64,000 nucleotides of DNA, from NCBI GenBank assembly GCA_902596545.1, contig CACJUH010000003.1, forward strand, positions 45,790 through 109,789, given 5' to 3'. Shown here in pieces: positions 17,560 to 28,303 of this stretch (position 1 is its first letter; every line of letters begins with the position of its first letter). Under the pieces are notes generated by a model. The model was given only the letters and a program-made list of their open reading frames with translations, did no database searches and was not told where the DNA came from. This stretch comes from an uncultured Candidatus Actinomarina sp. (GTDB lineage Bacteria > Actinomycetota > Acidimicrobiia > Actinomarinales > Actinomarinaceae). Made by a program: the position numbers and the translations under genes.

Positions 17560-19470
17560 TTACAATAGATTTAAAATCTGCTGAGATATTTTTTTGGCTT
17601 CCATATTGAAATTATCTTCTAACTGTTCAATTGGTGCTGAAGCCCCAAAGGAATCTATGCTAAAACTTTTTGTTACTGGTCCTACATAGTCTTGCCAGCC
17701 TATCGATCTTCCTAACTCAATAGTGAAAACTTTATTATTAATACCTAGAGAGTCGATTAACTCTGGTTTCAATTTATTAAGTATTGGGGTACTAATTATC
17801 TGTATTGATTTTCCTTTTAACAACTTACTAACTTCCATAGCAAGATTAACTTCTGACCCTGAAGCAAAAATTGTCGCATCAGTTCCATGAGCTAATTCAT
17901 AATACCCTTTTTTAAAATCTTCATAAGAAGTGTTGGTCTCTAAATAGTCAATATTTTGTCTGGTTAAAACTAAAGCTTTTGGATTATTGGTTTTTGAAAA
18001 TATGTATTGATATGAATACACTATTTCTTCACTGTTCGAAGGTCTTATTACGTCAACACCAGGTATAAGTCTTAGTGACATAAGATGCTCTATTGGTTGG
18101 TGTGTAGGTCCATCTTCTCCCAGATAAATAGAATCATGCGTAAATATAAAAACAGAGTTTAATTCCATTAATGCAGCAAGCCTTATGCTTGGCCTCATAT
18201 AATCTGAAAATACCAAAAATGTTGACCCAAACCCAATTAGTGAGCTGTGGAGGGTTATGCCGTTAGTAATTGCAGCCATAGCATGTTCCCTGACTCCATA
18301 TTCAAGAACTTGTCCAGTTTGATTTTCAGATGAATAAACTGCATCCGAAATAATCTGCTTTGTTGATGCTGCTAAGTCTGCTGAACCACCTAGTATAAAT
18401 TTATTAAACTTACCAATATCTTTTAGAACTTGACTACCAGCTACACGTGTTGCTTTTTTTTCACTTAGGGCTGTATTTATATTTACTATGTTTTTTTCGT
18501 TAAATTGATCCCATAAAAGTTTAAATTCAGAATCTTCCAATAATTTTTTTTCAAGTTCTTGTTTCCAATTTTTATATTCTTCATTATCTATTTGTCTTTT
18601 CTCATCAAAATATTCATATACTTCCTTTGGGTGTTCGAAAAGATCAGTCGACCAATCTAAGTTTTCTAAAAATTGTTTCATTTCTTCTTCACCAAGTGGT
18701 GAACCGTGTACACCACTTGTATTTTCTTTATTGGGTGAGAATTTACCAATTGTGGACTTAGCAATAATTAAAGAAGGTTGAGATGTGTTGGCTTTTGCAT
18801 TGTTTACTGCCTTGATTATTTCATTCTCATTATGACCATCTATAGATTGAACATCCCAACCAAAAGATTCAAATTTTGCTTTCTGATTAGTTACTGACAC
18901 CTTGTCTACATTGCCATCAATTGAAATATTGTTATCGTCAAATATATAAATTAATTTTCCTAATCCCCATAAAGCAGCGAGTTCTGCTGCCTCCTGAGAC
19001 AATCCTTCCATCAAGTCCCCATCAGATACAATTCCATAAGTAAAATGATTAATAATTTTATCTCCGAATGTATTTGAAAGATATGACTCTGCTAAAGCTA
19101 GTCCAACTCCAGTTGCAAAACCTTGTCCTAGTGGACCTGTTGTTATGTCAATTCCTAATTTTGTGTCTAACTCAGGATGCCCAGGTGTTTTTGAATTCAA
19201 TTGTCTAAAGTTTTTCATGTCATCTATTGATATATCAAATCCATTAAAGTGCAATAGGCTATATAACAATGCAGATCCATGTCCGGCACTTAAAACAAAT
19301 CTATCTCTGTTAATCCAGTCTGGACAATTGTTTGTGACTTTTAAAAAATTTTTGTATAGAACTGTACCTACATCCGCCATCCCTAATGGCATGCCAGGAT
19401 GACCAGAATTTGCTTTTTCTACACTACCTGCAGAAAGAACTCTTATTGATTTAGTTACATTATCGAACAC
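17560..19470 (-). CDS. tkt: Transketolase (full-length, single polypeptide)
   Basis: N-terminal ANSGHPGMPLGMADV, the TPP-binding region and 636 aa length. Confidence 0.9.
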   Translation of the reverse strand: MFDNVTKSIRVLSAGSVEKANSGHPGMPLGMADVGTVLYKNFLKVTNNCPDWINRDRFVLSAGHGSALLYSLLHFNGFDISIDDMKNFRQLNSKTPGHPELDTKLGIDITTGPLGQGFATGVGLALAESYLSNTFGDKIINHFTYGIVSDGDLMEGLSQEAAELAALWGLGKLIYIFDDNNISIDGNVDKVSVTNQKAKFESFGWDVQSIDGHNENEIIKAVNNAKANTSQPSLIIAKSTIGKFSPNKENTSGVHGSPLGEEEMKQFLENLDWSTDLFEHPKEVYEYFDEKRQIDNEEYKNWKQELEKKLLEDSEFKLLWDQFNEKNIVNINTALSEKKATRVAGSQVLKDIGKFNKFILGGSADLAASTKQIISDAVYSSENQTGQVLEYGVREHAMAAITNGITLHSSLIGFGSTFLVFSDYMRPSIRLAALMELNSVFIFTHDSIYLGEDGPTHQPIEHLMSLRLIPGVDVIRPSNSEEIVYSYQYIFSKTNNPKALVLTRQNIDYLETNTSYEDFKKGYYELAHGTDATIFASGSEVNLAMEVSKLLKGKSIQIISTPILNKLKPELIDSLGINNKVFTIELGRSIGWQDYVGPVTKSFSIDSFGASAPIEQLEDNFNMEAKKISQQILNLL

Positions 19471-19489
19471 AGATTAAGTATATAAGAAT

Positions 19490-21136
19490 CTAAGCAGAGG
19501 CAAAAGAATCTTTTGCATGATATGAAGATCTAACAAGCGGCCCAGATTCAACATGTGGAATACCATAAGATTCACCAATGATTTTATAATCTTCAAATTC
19601 TTCAATTGTCGCATATCTATCTATTGGTCTATGTTTTGCAGTTGGTCTTAGGTATTGACCAATAGTGACAATATCCACTTCAATTTTCGACAAATCTTTT
19701 AATACTGATATAACTTCTTCTTTAGTCTCTCCCATACCAACAATTAAACCAGTTTTAGTTTTACCTATAAATCCTTGTTTTTTTACATACTCTAGCAAAG
19801 AAAGGGACCTTCCGTAAGAAGCAGCCGTTCTAATCTCTCTTTGAAGTCTTGGTACAGTTTCTAAATTATGATTAAAAACTTCTGGAGAGGCATCAATTAT
19901 ATTCTGTATTGCAGATCTTAAACCTTTAAAATCAGGAACTAATACTTCAACATCACAATGACTATTTTTATCTTTAACGGCTCTAATCGTATCAGCAAAG
20001 AACATAGACCCTCCATCTTCAAGGTCATCACGATTAACTGAAGTAATAACCGCATGAGTTAAATTCATTGCCTGGACGCTTTCTGCTACTCTAAGTGGTT
20101 CTCCTAAATCAAGTTCACCAGGCCTTCCAGTTTTTACATCACAAAAACCACAAGCACGAGTACAAACATCGCCCATAATCATAAAAGTTGCAGTTCCCAT
20201 TGACCAGCATTCATATATATTTGGGCATGAAGCTTCCTCGCATACGGTATTTAATTTTTTTTCACTTAATAAATTTTTTAGTGAAACATAATCACTGCCT
20301 AGATTAGCCTTAACCTTCATCCATTCAGGTCTTTTAGGTTCACTTGGCAAAACACCTCTTACAGTTACTGGAATTTTATTTTGGTTTATTTTAAATACTC
20401 CGTCTTTCACCATTTGATCAATATTGAATTCTTTTGTTCTCTTTAACTGCCTTGGGGTAAATTGAGAAAACTGTCTATCAGTATTGGCATAACCAAATAC
20501 TTTTGCAAAGTTATCTGATATTTCACTTGCAACTTCCTCAAATGATATGTCTGGGTTAAATTGGTGAATGGATGTAATTTGTTCTGATTGGTTTCCACAA
20601 GGGTTAATTAATTGATATCCATCCAATGAATCAAAAATATTTAATGAAAAACCATGGTAGGTTGTCCATTTGCTGACTTTAATACCTACAGAAGCAATTT
20701 TACCTTTTGCTGTCCAAACACCTGTGTCATCTTCTTTTGTAAATGAATCAATTTTAAATTTTCTTAAGGAATCAATTATTACATTTTCTAGGTTGCGAAC
20801 GAATGGAATGACTTTTTTTGGATCAGAAAGTCGTAATATTGGATAGCCAATTAATTGTCCATCACCATGATAAGTTATATCACCACCTCTATCAGCTTCA
20901 AAATACTCAATCCCAAGTTCATGCAATTTGTCTTTTGAAACCAGTAAATTGTTTTCTTTGCTAGATCTGCCGGATGTAATTACATTATTGTGCTCTAATA
21001 GTAAAAGATAGTCATCTTTGGAATCTTCCTGAGAAACTGATCTGTGTAATCCAAGTTGTAAATCGTATGCTTCAGAATAAGGTAATTTACCCAACCAACG
21101 TATATTTAGATCTCTCAATCTAATCCCTGCGACCAA
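19490..21136 (-). CDS. lipB-lipA: Fusion of octanoyltransferase LipB (N-terminal) and radical-SAM lipoyl synthase LipA (C-terminal)
   Basis: The N-terminal half has RGGDITYHGDGQLIGYPI and PCG, with strong similarity to mycobacterial LipB. The C-terminal half has CEEASCPNIYECW and CTRACGFCDV (radical-SAM CxxxCxxC). Confidence 0.8.
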   Translation of the reverse strand: MVAGIRLRDLNIRWLGKLPYSEAYDLQLGLHRSVSQEDSKDDYLLLLEHNNVITSGRSSKENNLLVSKDKLHELGIEYFEADRGGDITYHGDGQLIGYPILRLSDPKKVIPFVRNLENVIIDSLRKFKIDSFTKEDDTGVWTAKGKIASVGIKVSKWTTYHGFSLNIFDSLDGYQLINPCGNQSEQITSIHQFNPDISFEEVASEISDNFAKVFGYANTDRQFSQFTPRQLKRTKEFNIDQMVKDGVFKINQNKIPVTVRGVLPSEPKRPEWMKVKANLGSDYVSLKNLLSEKKLNTVCEEASCPNIYECWSMGTATFMIMGDVCTRACGFCDVKTGRPGELDLGEPLRVAESVQAMNLTHAVITSVNRDDLEDGGSMFFADTIRAVKDKNSHCDVEVLVPDFKGLRSAIQNIIDASPEVFNHNLETVPRLQREIRTAASYGRSLSLLEYVKKQGFIGKTKTGLIVGMGETKEEVISVLKDLSKIEVDIVTIGQYLRPTAKHRPIDRYATIEEFEDYKIIGESYGIPHVESGPLVRSSYHAKDSFASA

Positions 21137-22392
21137 TCAGGGTTTTCTAATTTATCCTTTATATGATTTAAAAATAACAAAGCAATAGAGCCATCGAATA
21201 CTCGATGATCCCAAGTTAAACTTAGGACTCCTGTATGCCTTATAGCTATTGAATCAGTACCATCCTGGGATTGTATTACTACAGGTCTCTTCTTAACAGA
21301 TTCCGTTGATAAAATAGCTACATTTGGTTGATTGATTATTGGCGATGTAATGAAAGAGTTAAATGAGCCATTGTTTGATATTGTAAAAGTACTTCCAGTT
21401 ACATCCTCTAGACCATACTTACCATCTCTTAATAGCTTTGAAATTTCTGAAATTTTTCTTGCTAGCCCTTTCAAATTAAAGGAATCTGCTTCAGCTATAG
21501 TACCGACTAACAGCCCCTCTTGATTTAAATCAACAGCAATACCAAGATTTACATGACTATGAACATCATGAATGCCTTTTTCTAAGTCAAACGAGCTATT
21601 AACAGTTGGAAACTCCCTTAATGCAGAAATTGTCGCTAATGAAATGAATGGTAAATAGGTTAGCGAAAAACCATTTTCATCTTTAAATTTAGCTTTTTGT
21701 TTTGATCTAATTGTTTCTATATTTTCATAATCTACTTCAACAGAGGTCATGACGTGTGCAGATGTTTGTTTAGACAAAACCATATTTTCTGCAATTCTTT
21801 TTCTCAATCTAGATATTGATTTATTTGTATCAGCTGATTTAGTAGTTTCTTTTTTAATTGAATCCTCTGATTTAGTTGATGTAGCAGAGTCTTGATTTCC
21901 TAATGAAATGTAATTTTCAATATCTTCTCTTTTTATTCTTCCATTTTGACCAGTGCCAACTACATTATTCAAATCAATATTATTTTCAGAAGCAAGTCTT
22001 CTTACAACTGGAGAAAGCTTTAAGTTTTTTGTATTTCTGACATTATCGGTTTTTGGCAAAACATCTGCTTTTGGTGTATCTTCTTTGACAATCTCTTCAA
22101 CGGTTTCTTGCACTTCTTCAACTGTCTCTGATTTATCATTATTAGATTCTTTTGCACTTCCATCGAGCTCAAGAAGTGAAGCCCCAACCTCTACAGTTTC
22201 ACCCTCTTCAACAAGAAGTGATGTTACTGTTCCATTAAATGGTGAAGGAACTTCAGTATCAACTTTATCAGTAGAAATTTCAAGAATTGGATCATCTTCT
22301 TTTACTTCATCACCAACTTTTACAAGCCATCTTAGGATTGTGCCCTCAGTGACTGTCTCTCCGAGCTGAGGCATAGTTATTATGTTGCTCAT
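21115..22392 (-). CDS. Dihydrolipoamide acyltransferase (E2) of a 2-oxoacid dehydrogenase complex, with a single lipoyl domain
   Basis: Lipoyl-Lys in ISTDKVDTEV, an Ala/Pro/charged linker, and catalytic DHRVFDG. Confidence 0.85.
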   Translation of the reverse strand: MSNIITMPQLGETVTEGTILRWLVKVGDEVKEDDPILEISTDKVDTEVPSPFNGTVTSLLVEEGETVEVGASLLELDGSAKESNNDKSETVEEVQETVEEIVKEDTPKADVLPKTDNVRNTKNLKLSPVVRRLASENNIDLNNVVGTGQNGRIKREDIENYISLGNQDSATSTKSEDSIKKETTKSADTNKSISRLRKRIAENMVLSKQTSAHVMTSVEVDYENIETIRSKQKAKFKDENGFSLTYLPFISLATISALREFPTVNSSFDLEKGIHDVHSHVNLGIAVDLNQEGLLVGTIAEADSFNLKGLARKISEISKLLRDGKYGLEDVTGSTFTISNNGSFNSFITSPIINQPNVAILSTESVKKRPVVIQSQDGTDSIAIRHTGVLSLTWDHRVFDGSIALLFLNHIKDKLENPDWSQGLD

Positions 22393-22396
22393 TTAC

Positions 22397-24403
22397 TTAT
22401 TGTAATTCTTTCACGGCTTTAACAACTTTTTCAACACTAGGAATAAAAGCATCCTCAAGAACTGGTGCAAAAGGAATATGTGTATTAGGTGGAGTAACCT
22501 TCACAATTGGATTATCTAAATTCCAAAATCCTTTTTCAGCAACTACTGATGATATCTCAGAGGCTACTGATGAAAAAGGGACATCTTCTTGTAGGATGCA
22601 CAAATTAGATGTTTTTTCAACTGATGTAAGAATTATCTCCTCGTCAAGAGGAACTATTGTTCTTATGTCAACAATTTCAACATTTATACCGTCGCTTTCA
22701 AGTTGCTTGGCTGCTTCAGTCGCAACAGAAACCATGCCAGACCAGGTAACAATTGTAAGATCACTACCTTCTTTAACAATTTTTCCTTTCCCTATTTCAA
22801 CTTCATAGAGACCTAATGGAACTTCCATTTTGATATCAGGTTTTCTATAGAGTTTTTTGTGTTCAAGATACATTACTGGATTTGGATCATTTACTGCAGC
22901 GACTAAAAGTCCCTTAGCATCATAAGGATTAGACGGTGCAACGACTTTAATACCAGGATGGTGAGCTAGCAGAGATTCTGGGCTTATTGAATGAAAAGGT
23001 CCAGATCTTGTTCCAGCACCAGTAGGACCTCGAACAACCATTGGTACGGCCTTTCCTGCTTTCCAATGGTATTTTGCGGCTTCAGTAGTAATTTGATCTA
23101 AAGCTGGATAAACAAAATCATAAAACTGTAATTCCACGATAGGTTTCTTTCCTGCAAGAGCTGCTCCAACTGCAGCTCCAGTGAAACCTCCCTCAGAAAT
23201 TGATGTATCAATTACTCGAAATGGTCCGTATTTATTAAATAATCCCTTAGTAGCTTTAAATGCTCCTTCAAACACACCTATGTCTTCACCCATCATGAAA
23301 ACATTTTCATCATCTTCCATTAATTCATCTAAACCGTTTGTAATTGCTTCAATAAAGTTCATAGTTTCTTTTGAACTTCCATCATTTTGTATTGCTGGTT
23401 TAGTTCTTTCAGCAAACATATCAGGAACTTCATTTTGCGGTTCAGGATCTTTTTGATTCTTTGCCCAATCTAATGTCTCTTTAATTTCAGCATCTAGCTC
23501 TTCATTAAGGCTTACGAACTGTTCTGTAGTGAATAAACCCTCTTCAACCAAAGAGTCTTCAAAGCGTGCAATAGGATCACGTTTCATCCAGAATTCTCTT
23601 ACTTCATCATTAACATATTCGGCAGGATCGTGACCAGCATGTCCATGATGTCTAAATGTAACAAGTTCAATTAGAGAAGGTCCATTACCATTTCTTGCAT
23701 TTTCACATGCTTCGTGCATTACATCAATTACTTCATAAATGTCATTACCATCAATAATTTTTGCTGGAATTCCATATCCAGCTGCACGATCTGCAACGTT
23801 TGGAGTCCCAAACTCTGTTTCGTTTGGAGATGAATAGGCAAATTGATTATTTTGCACTGTGAATACTACTGGAAGATTGAGCACTCCGGCCATGTTGATG
23901 CTTTCATGCCAAGTACCAGTTGCAGTGGCTCCCTCACCACAATTAGCAACAGCGACAACCCCGGACCCACTTTGTTGAGAAGCTAGAGCCCAACCAACAG
24001 CTACAGGTGCGGAATCTGGCAACGGAGATACAACCATCAATGTTCCCTTGTCTACTACTCCAAAATGACTATTACCATCTCGACCTTTAGATGGTCCATC
24101 ATGTTTTCCAAAAAAATTAAGTGCAATCTCTTTAAGTGTCACACCTTTTTTAATTTGCACACCGAGATCTCTGTGTGTACCACCAAATATATCTGTGTCT
24201 GCCATTCCAGCCGCTATGCCAGCCATAGATGCTTCTTGACCAATTCCAGGATATACTGCACCACTTAATTGCCCACCCTTGTACATTTTTAAGAGCCTAT
24301 CTTCCAAAAGCCTCTGAGTTTTCATAGACTTATATACATCCCAAAGTTGCTCTTTAGAAAGAGTTGACGAATACCCTTTTCTGGTAATTTTTTCGATCTT
24401 CAT
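22397..24403 (-). CDS. 2-oxoacid dehydrogenase E1 component, fused alpha-beta subunits
   Basis: 668 aa. The N-terminal half has the TPP motif GEGATATGTWHESINMAGVLNLPVVFTVQNN (E1 alpha). The C-terminal half is transketolase-like E1 beta (pyrimidine-binding and C-terminal domains). Confidence 0.8.
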   Translation of the reverse strand: MKIEKITRKGYSSTLSKEQLWDVYKSMKTQRLLEDRLLKMYKGGQLSGAVYPGIGQEASMAGIAAGMADTDIFGGTHRDLGVQIKKGVTLKEIALNFFGKHDGPSKGRDGNSHFGVVDKGTLMVVSPLPDSAPVAVGWALASQQSGSGVVAVANCGEGATATGTWHESINMAGVLNLPVVFTVQNNQFAYSSPNETEFGTPNVADRAAGYGIPAKIIDGNDIYEVIDVMHEACENARNGNGPSLIELVTFRHHGHAGHDPAEYVNDEVREFWMKRDPIARFEDSLVEEGLFTTEQFVSLNEELDAEIKETLDWAKNQKDPEPQNEVPDMFAERTKPAIQNDGSSKETMNFIEAITNGLDELMEDDENVFMMGEDIGVFEGAFKATKGLFNKYGPFRVIDTSISEGGFTGAAVGAALAGKKPIVELQFYDFVYPALDQITTEAAKYHWKAGKAVPMVVRGPTGAGTRSGPFHSISPESLLAHHPGIKVVAPSNPYDAKGLLVAAVNDPNPVMYLEHKKLYRKPDIKMEVPLGLYEVEIGKGKIVKEGSDLTIVTWSGMVSVATEAAKQLESDGINVEIVDIRTIVPLDEEIILTSVEKTSNLCILQEDVPFSSVASEISSVVAEKGFWNLDNPIVKVTPPNTHIPFAPVLEDAFIPSVEKVVKAVKELQ

Positions 24404-24404
24404 A

Positions 24405-25769
24405 TTAATGTAACCCCCTACCGTTCAAACTTAACAAAGACTCTCCTATAGCCTCACTCAGTGTTGGATGAGCATGTATAAATTCAGATGCTTCATTAGG
24501 TAAAGCTTCCCAGCCTACCATGTACATAAGCTCATGTATCATCTCTCCTGCTGCAGGTCCACAAACACTTGCACCTACTATTGGGCCATCCTCTTCTGAG
24601 TAAACTTTTACAATTCCTTTATTTTGATTTTGAAGTAATGCCCTTCCGATTCCAGCAAAACTATGCTGTGCTTGATTAAGCTTAATTCCAATTTCCTTTG
24701 CTTTTTCAGAGTTCAATCCAACCTCTGCAAGTTCTGGTCTTGTGTAAACAACATACGGAATCGCTTTATAGTTAACAGGACTACTCTCACCTGTTGCGAT
24801 ATGTGTTATCGCACTAATTGCTTCAGCAAATGCAACATGAGCTAATTGAGGAGTATCATAAACAATATCTCCTAAGGCATAAATATTTTCAACATCTGTT
24901 TGCATTGTTTTTAAATCTACTTCAACAAATCCTTTGTTAACATTTACCCCAATTTCTTCAAGACCAATATTTTCAGTTAAAGGTGCTCTTCCGACTGCAA
25001 CAAGAACACAATCAAAACTATCACTGGTATCATCTGAAAAATTAACAACTTTGTCACTAATATTTGTAACTGATGTAGATAATTTAAAATCAACACCCCT
25101 AGAAGATAACTGTTTCCTTAGTTCTCCTGATGTTCTTTTATCCAATCCGGGTAAAATTTCTTTATCAAGCTCCACAACAGAGACTTCTGAGCCCAAATCG
25201 TTTAACAAACTTGCAAACTCACAACCAATTGCACCAGCACCAATAACACAAACTTTTTTTGGAGGCTCCTCCCAGCTAAGCGCGGTGTCTGATGTTATAA
25301 CAAACTCTCCATCAACATTTATGTTTGGGATTTCTCTTGGTTTTGAGCCAGTTGCTAAAAGAATGTAGTCTGTAGATACTTCTTCTTCTTTGCCTTCAGT
25401 AGTCTTAACAATAACTTTATTGCTATCCTTAATAGTCCCCCAGCCTTCAATAACATTAACTTTTTTTGACTTTAATAGCATGCCGATACCACCAACTAGT
25501 TTGTTAACAGTATCTAGTCTTTTTTGAGCAGTTGCTTTCCAATCAATATTTTTACCTGTTATTTCAATTCCAAAATCTTTTGAATTATCAATTTCATGAT
25601 TTAGCTCTGCAACATGAAGCCAGTACTTTGCAGGTATACATCCGCGGTTTAAACAGGTCCCACCTAAGGTATCAGATTCAATTAAAGTTATTTCAAGTTC
25701 AAAATTGCTTGCGTACAATGCTGCAGCATATCCTGCAGGACCTCCGCCTATAATGGTTAATTTTTTCAA
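24405..25769 (-). CDS. lpdA: Dihydrolipoyl dehydrogenase (E3)
   Basis: GGGPAGY FAD motif, redox-active disulfide CLNRGCIPAK, and a C-terminal HAHPTLSE. Confidence 0.9.
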   Translation of the reverse strand: MKKLTIIGGGPAGYAAALYASNFELEITLIESDTLGGTCLNRGCIPAKYWLHVAELNHEIDNSKDFGIEITGKNIDWKATAQKRLDTVNKLVGGIGMLLKSKKVNVIEGWGTIKDSNKVIVKTTEGKEEEVSTDYILLATGSKPREIPNINVDGEFVITSDTALSWEEPPKKVCVIGAGAIGCEFASLLNDLGSEVSVVELDKEILPGLDKRTSGELRKQLSSRGVDFKLSTSVTNISDKVVNFSDDTSDSFDCVLVAVGRAPLTENIGLEEIGVNVNKGFVEVDLKTMQTDVENIYALGDIVYDTPQLAHVAFAEAISAITHIATGESSPVNYKAIPYVVYTRPELAEVGLNSEKAKEIGIKLNQAQHSFAGIGRALLQNQNKGIVKVYSEEDGPIVGASVCGPAAGEMIHELMYMVGWEALPNEASEFIHAHPTLSEAIGESLLSLNGRGLH

Positions 25770-25993
25770 ATTACCTCTTTCTAGATAGGATCGCTATCTA
25801 ATCGAGATAATAACTACATTCTTTAATGGGGTTCCCAATAAAAATGATTATTGTTATTTTCACCTTTAAATTTACTAAACTTTGGACAATGTTCAAAATT
25901 AAGATTATCTTAAAAAACATTACAATGTAACTATGCAAACAAGACATTTAATTATTGCCTCACTTATTACTGGTTTATTCATACTGGTAGCAT

Positions 25994-26980
25994 TTGGTGT
26001 ATGGCTATACACTTTTTGAATTGAAGAGTTTTAATTTAAAAAACGGAATCCATCATATACCTCTTGAGCTCCCTTGGTCGTCTCCTGGCTTTGTTAATGT
26101 TTATTTAATTGAAGACAAAGGTGGATTTATCATGGTAGATTGTGGTGTCAATGGTGATAGCTATTACTCCTTACTGCTTGAATATCTTCAAAAATTAGAA
26201 ATTCATATTAGTGATATTAATTTGTTAATCGGAACACATATGCATTCTGATCATATTGGTTTATCTACGAAAATAAGAGAATCAGGTGTTCCGTTTGCAC
26301 TTTTTAAAAATTCAGTAGATTTCATAGATGATTACAATGACTGGTCTTTAAGATTCAAAAATCTAAAAAATTATGCAGAAAAACATAATGCTCCAACTAG
26401 CTTTTTGAATGATATAGCTTCTATAAAAACACCCTCATATGCTGGAAAAATTTCAAAGCCTGACATTCTTCTTGATGAAGGGAGAATAAAAGATGTAAAA
26501 AGAAATTTAACTACTATTTTTACTCCGGGGCATGATCGTACAGAGATTTCTTTGTTTGATGAAAGTACAAAAATAATATTTTCAGGCGATCATATATTGC
26601 CAAAAATTACTCCCTTTATTCCAACTGATAATGAAAATGAAGATATGCTTGCAAATTACACTCAGTCTTTGGATAAAATTTATGAAATTGACCATGAAAT
26701 AATTGCACCAGGTCATGGAGATATAATTAGCAAACCACACAGCAGGATTGAGCAAATGAAACTTCATCATAAAAGGAGGACTGAAAAAATTTTGAACTTT
26801 CTTAAAGAAAGCGACTTTACTGGTTGGGAAATGGTTGAAAATTTATTTCCTAGAAAACTAGATGCATTAAATTTGAGACTTGCTTTTCAAGAGACTATGG
26901 CTCATTTAATTTACTTAGAAAATAAAGGAAAAATCAAGCAAGAAACTAAAAATAACTCCATATATTGGAAAATTATTTGA
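25994..26980 (+). CDS. MBL-fold metallo-hydrolase
   Basis: HMHSDHIG (HxHxDH) and downstream His/Asp ligands. The annotated start is TTG, so the true start is uncertain. Confidence 0.6.
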   Translation: MVYGYTLFELKSFNLKNGIHHIPLELPWSSPGFVNVYLIEDKGGFIMVDCGVNGDSYYSLLLEYLQKLEIHISDINLLIGTHMHSDHIGLSTKIRESGVPFALFKNSVDFIDDYNDWSLRFKNLKNYAEKHNAPTSFLNDIASIKTPSYAGKISKPDILLDEGRIKDVKRNLTTIFTPGHDRTEISLFDESTKIIFSGDHILPKITPFIPTDNENEDMLANYTQSLDKIYEIDHEIIAPGHGDIISKPHSRIEQMKLHHKRRTEKILNFLKESDFTGWEMVENLFPRKLDALNLRLAFQETMAHLIYLENKGKIKQETKNNSIYWKII

Positions 26981-27179
26981 TAGGTCTAAAACTTCTATTT
27001 TTAGCTTCATCAATCGTATCAGGTGAAAACGATTGGACTAGATTTAAACTAACGTAATCGTAATCTTTTAGATACTCATTCAATAATGCAAACTGGTTTT
27101 CATCATCACAGTCATATACCTTCATGTTTTTTCTTATACCAACATACCTATGATGTTCAAAACGATTTAATCTATTCAA
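26973..27179 (-). CDS. Small hypothetical protein
   Basis: 68 aa ORF 3 bp downstream of the acyl-CoA dehydrogenase gene on the same strand. No recognisable motifs. Confidence 0.25.
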   Translation of the reverse strand: MNRLNRFEHHRYVGIRKNMKVYDCDDENQFALLNEYLKDYDYVSLNLVQSFSPDTIDEAKNRSFRPIK

Positions 27180-27181
27180 AT

Positions 27182-28303
27182 TTATAGGCTCAGTAATTCT
27201 GCAATCTTATCTCTTGCTAATTTGGGAGTCCCTAAAAGTAAAGAGTCAGACTTTGCTTTTTTAAAAAATAAATGTGCTGGATGCTCCCAAGTAAAACCAA
27301 TTCCCCCATGTACTTGAATATTGTCTCCAGCGATTTTGTTAAAAACCTCAGAACAGTATGATTTTGCTAACATTGCACTCATCTCAACTTCTAAATCGTC
27401 TGAAGTATCTGTTCTCACTGCACTATAAGCAACAGACTTTGCACTTTCCAGCTGTACAAGCATATTTGCACAAATATGTTGAATTGCTTGAAATGAACCT
27501 ATCGGCCTTCCAAATTGTATTCTTTCTTTTGCGTATTGTGTTGACATATCTAAACATGCTTGAGCACCACCAACTTGCTCCATTGCTAAATAACCAAGTG
27601 AAATATTTTTTACTTTCTCCCATGCATTAATGCATGAATCAGAACCTATCATAATTTCATCATCAGAAATTAAAATTTCTTTCATATTTATTTCACACAT
27701 AGGTCGTGTTTGATCAAGTGAAGAAGTTTGTTTTATTTCTAGACCCTCAGAATCTTTATTTACCAAAACAAACATTAACCCCTCTTCACTGTTCGCCAGA
27801 ATTGCAAAATAATCAGAGACGTCGCCAAACATTACATATTTTTTTTGCCCATTAAGAATGTAACCATTCTTATCTTTTGTCAAAGTTGTGGAAATTTCAT
27901 CACTACTAGTTAGGTATTTATCATTTTCATAAACACAATAGGTACCAATTTTTTCACCACTAATAATTTCCGGCAAAATAGTATTTTTTATATTTTCATT
28001 TGAAAGGAAAAGTAAATTCTTGAATACCACTCCAGAACTAAAAAGAGGAATAATTGGCATGTAATACCCTAAGACCTCTGAGAGAATTGCAGTGTCCGTG
28101 TTCGAAAATCCCAAACCACCATCTGATTCTGGTACATCAAGTGCTAACCACCCTTGTTCAATTACTAATTTCCATATATTTTCATCTAACCTACAATTAT
28201 CATCAACTTTTTGTATTGTCTCTAATAAATCAATATTCTCTTTTAGGAGTTTCGTTGAATTTTCTTTTATTTCTTTTTGAATTTCATTTAAAGTAAATTG
28301 CAT
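27182..28303 (-). CDS. Acyl-CoA dehydrogenase family protein
   Basis: GSFQAIQHICANM and a C-terminal IQVHGGIGFTWEHPAHLFFKKAK with the catalytic Glu region. Confidence 0.8.
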   Translation of the reverse strand: MQFTLNEIQKEIKENSTKLLKENIDLLETIQKVDDNCRLDENIWKLVIEQGWLALDVPESDGGLGFSNTDTAILSEVLGYYMPIIPLFSSGVVFKNLLFLSNENIKNTILPEIISGEKIGTYCVYENDKYLTSSDEISTTLTKDKNGYILNGQKKYVMFGDVSDYFAILANSEEGLMFVLVNKDSEGLEIKQTSSLDQTRPMCEINMKEILISDDEIMIGSDSCINAWEKVKNISLGYLAMEQVGGAQACLDMSTQYAKERIQFGRPIGSFQAIQHICANMLVQLESAKSVAYSAVRTDTSDDLEVEMSAMLAKSYCSEVFNKIAGDNIQVHGGIGFTWEHPAHLFFKKAKSDSLLLGTPKLARDKIAELLSL

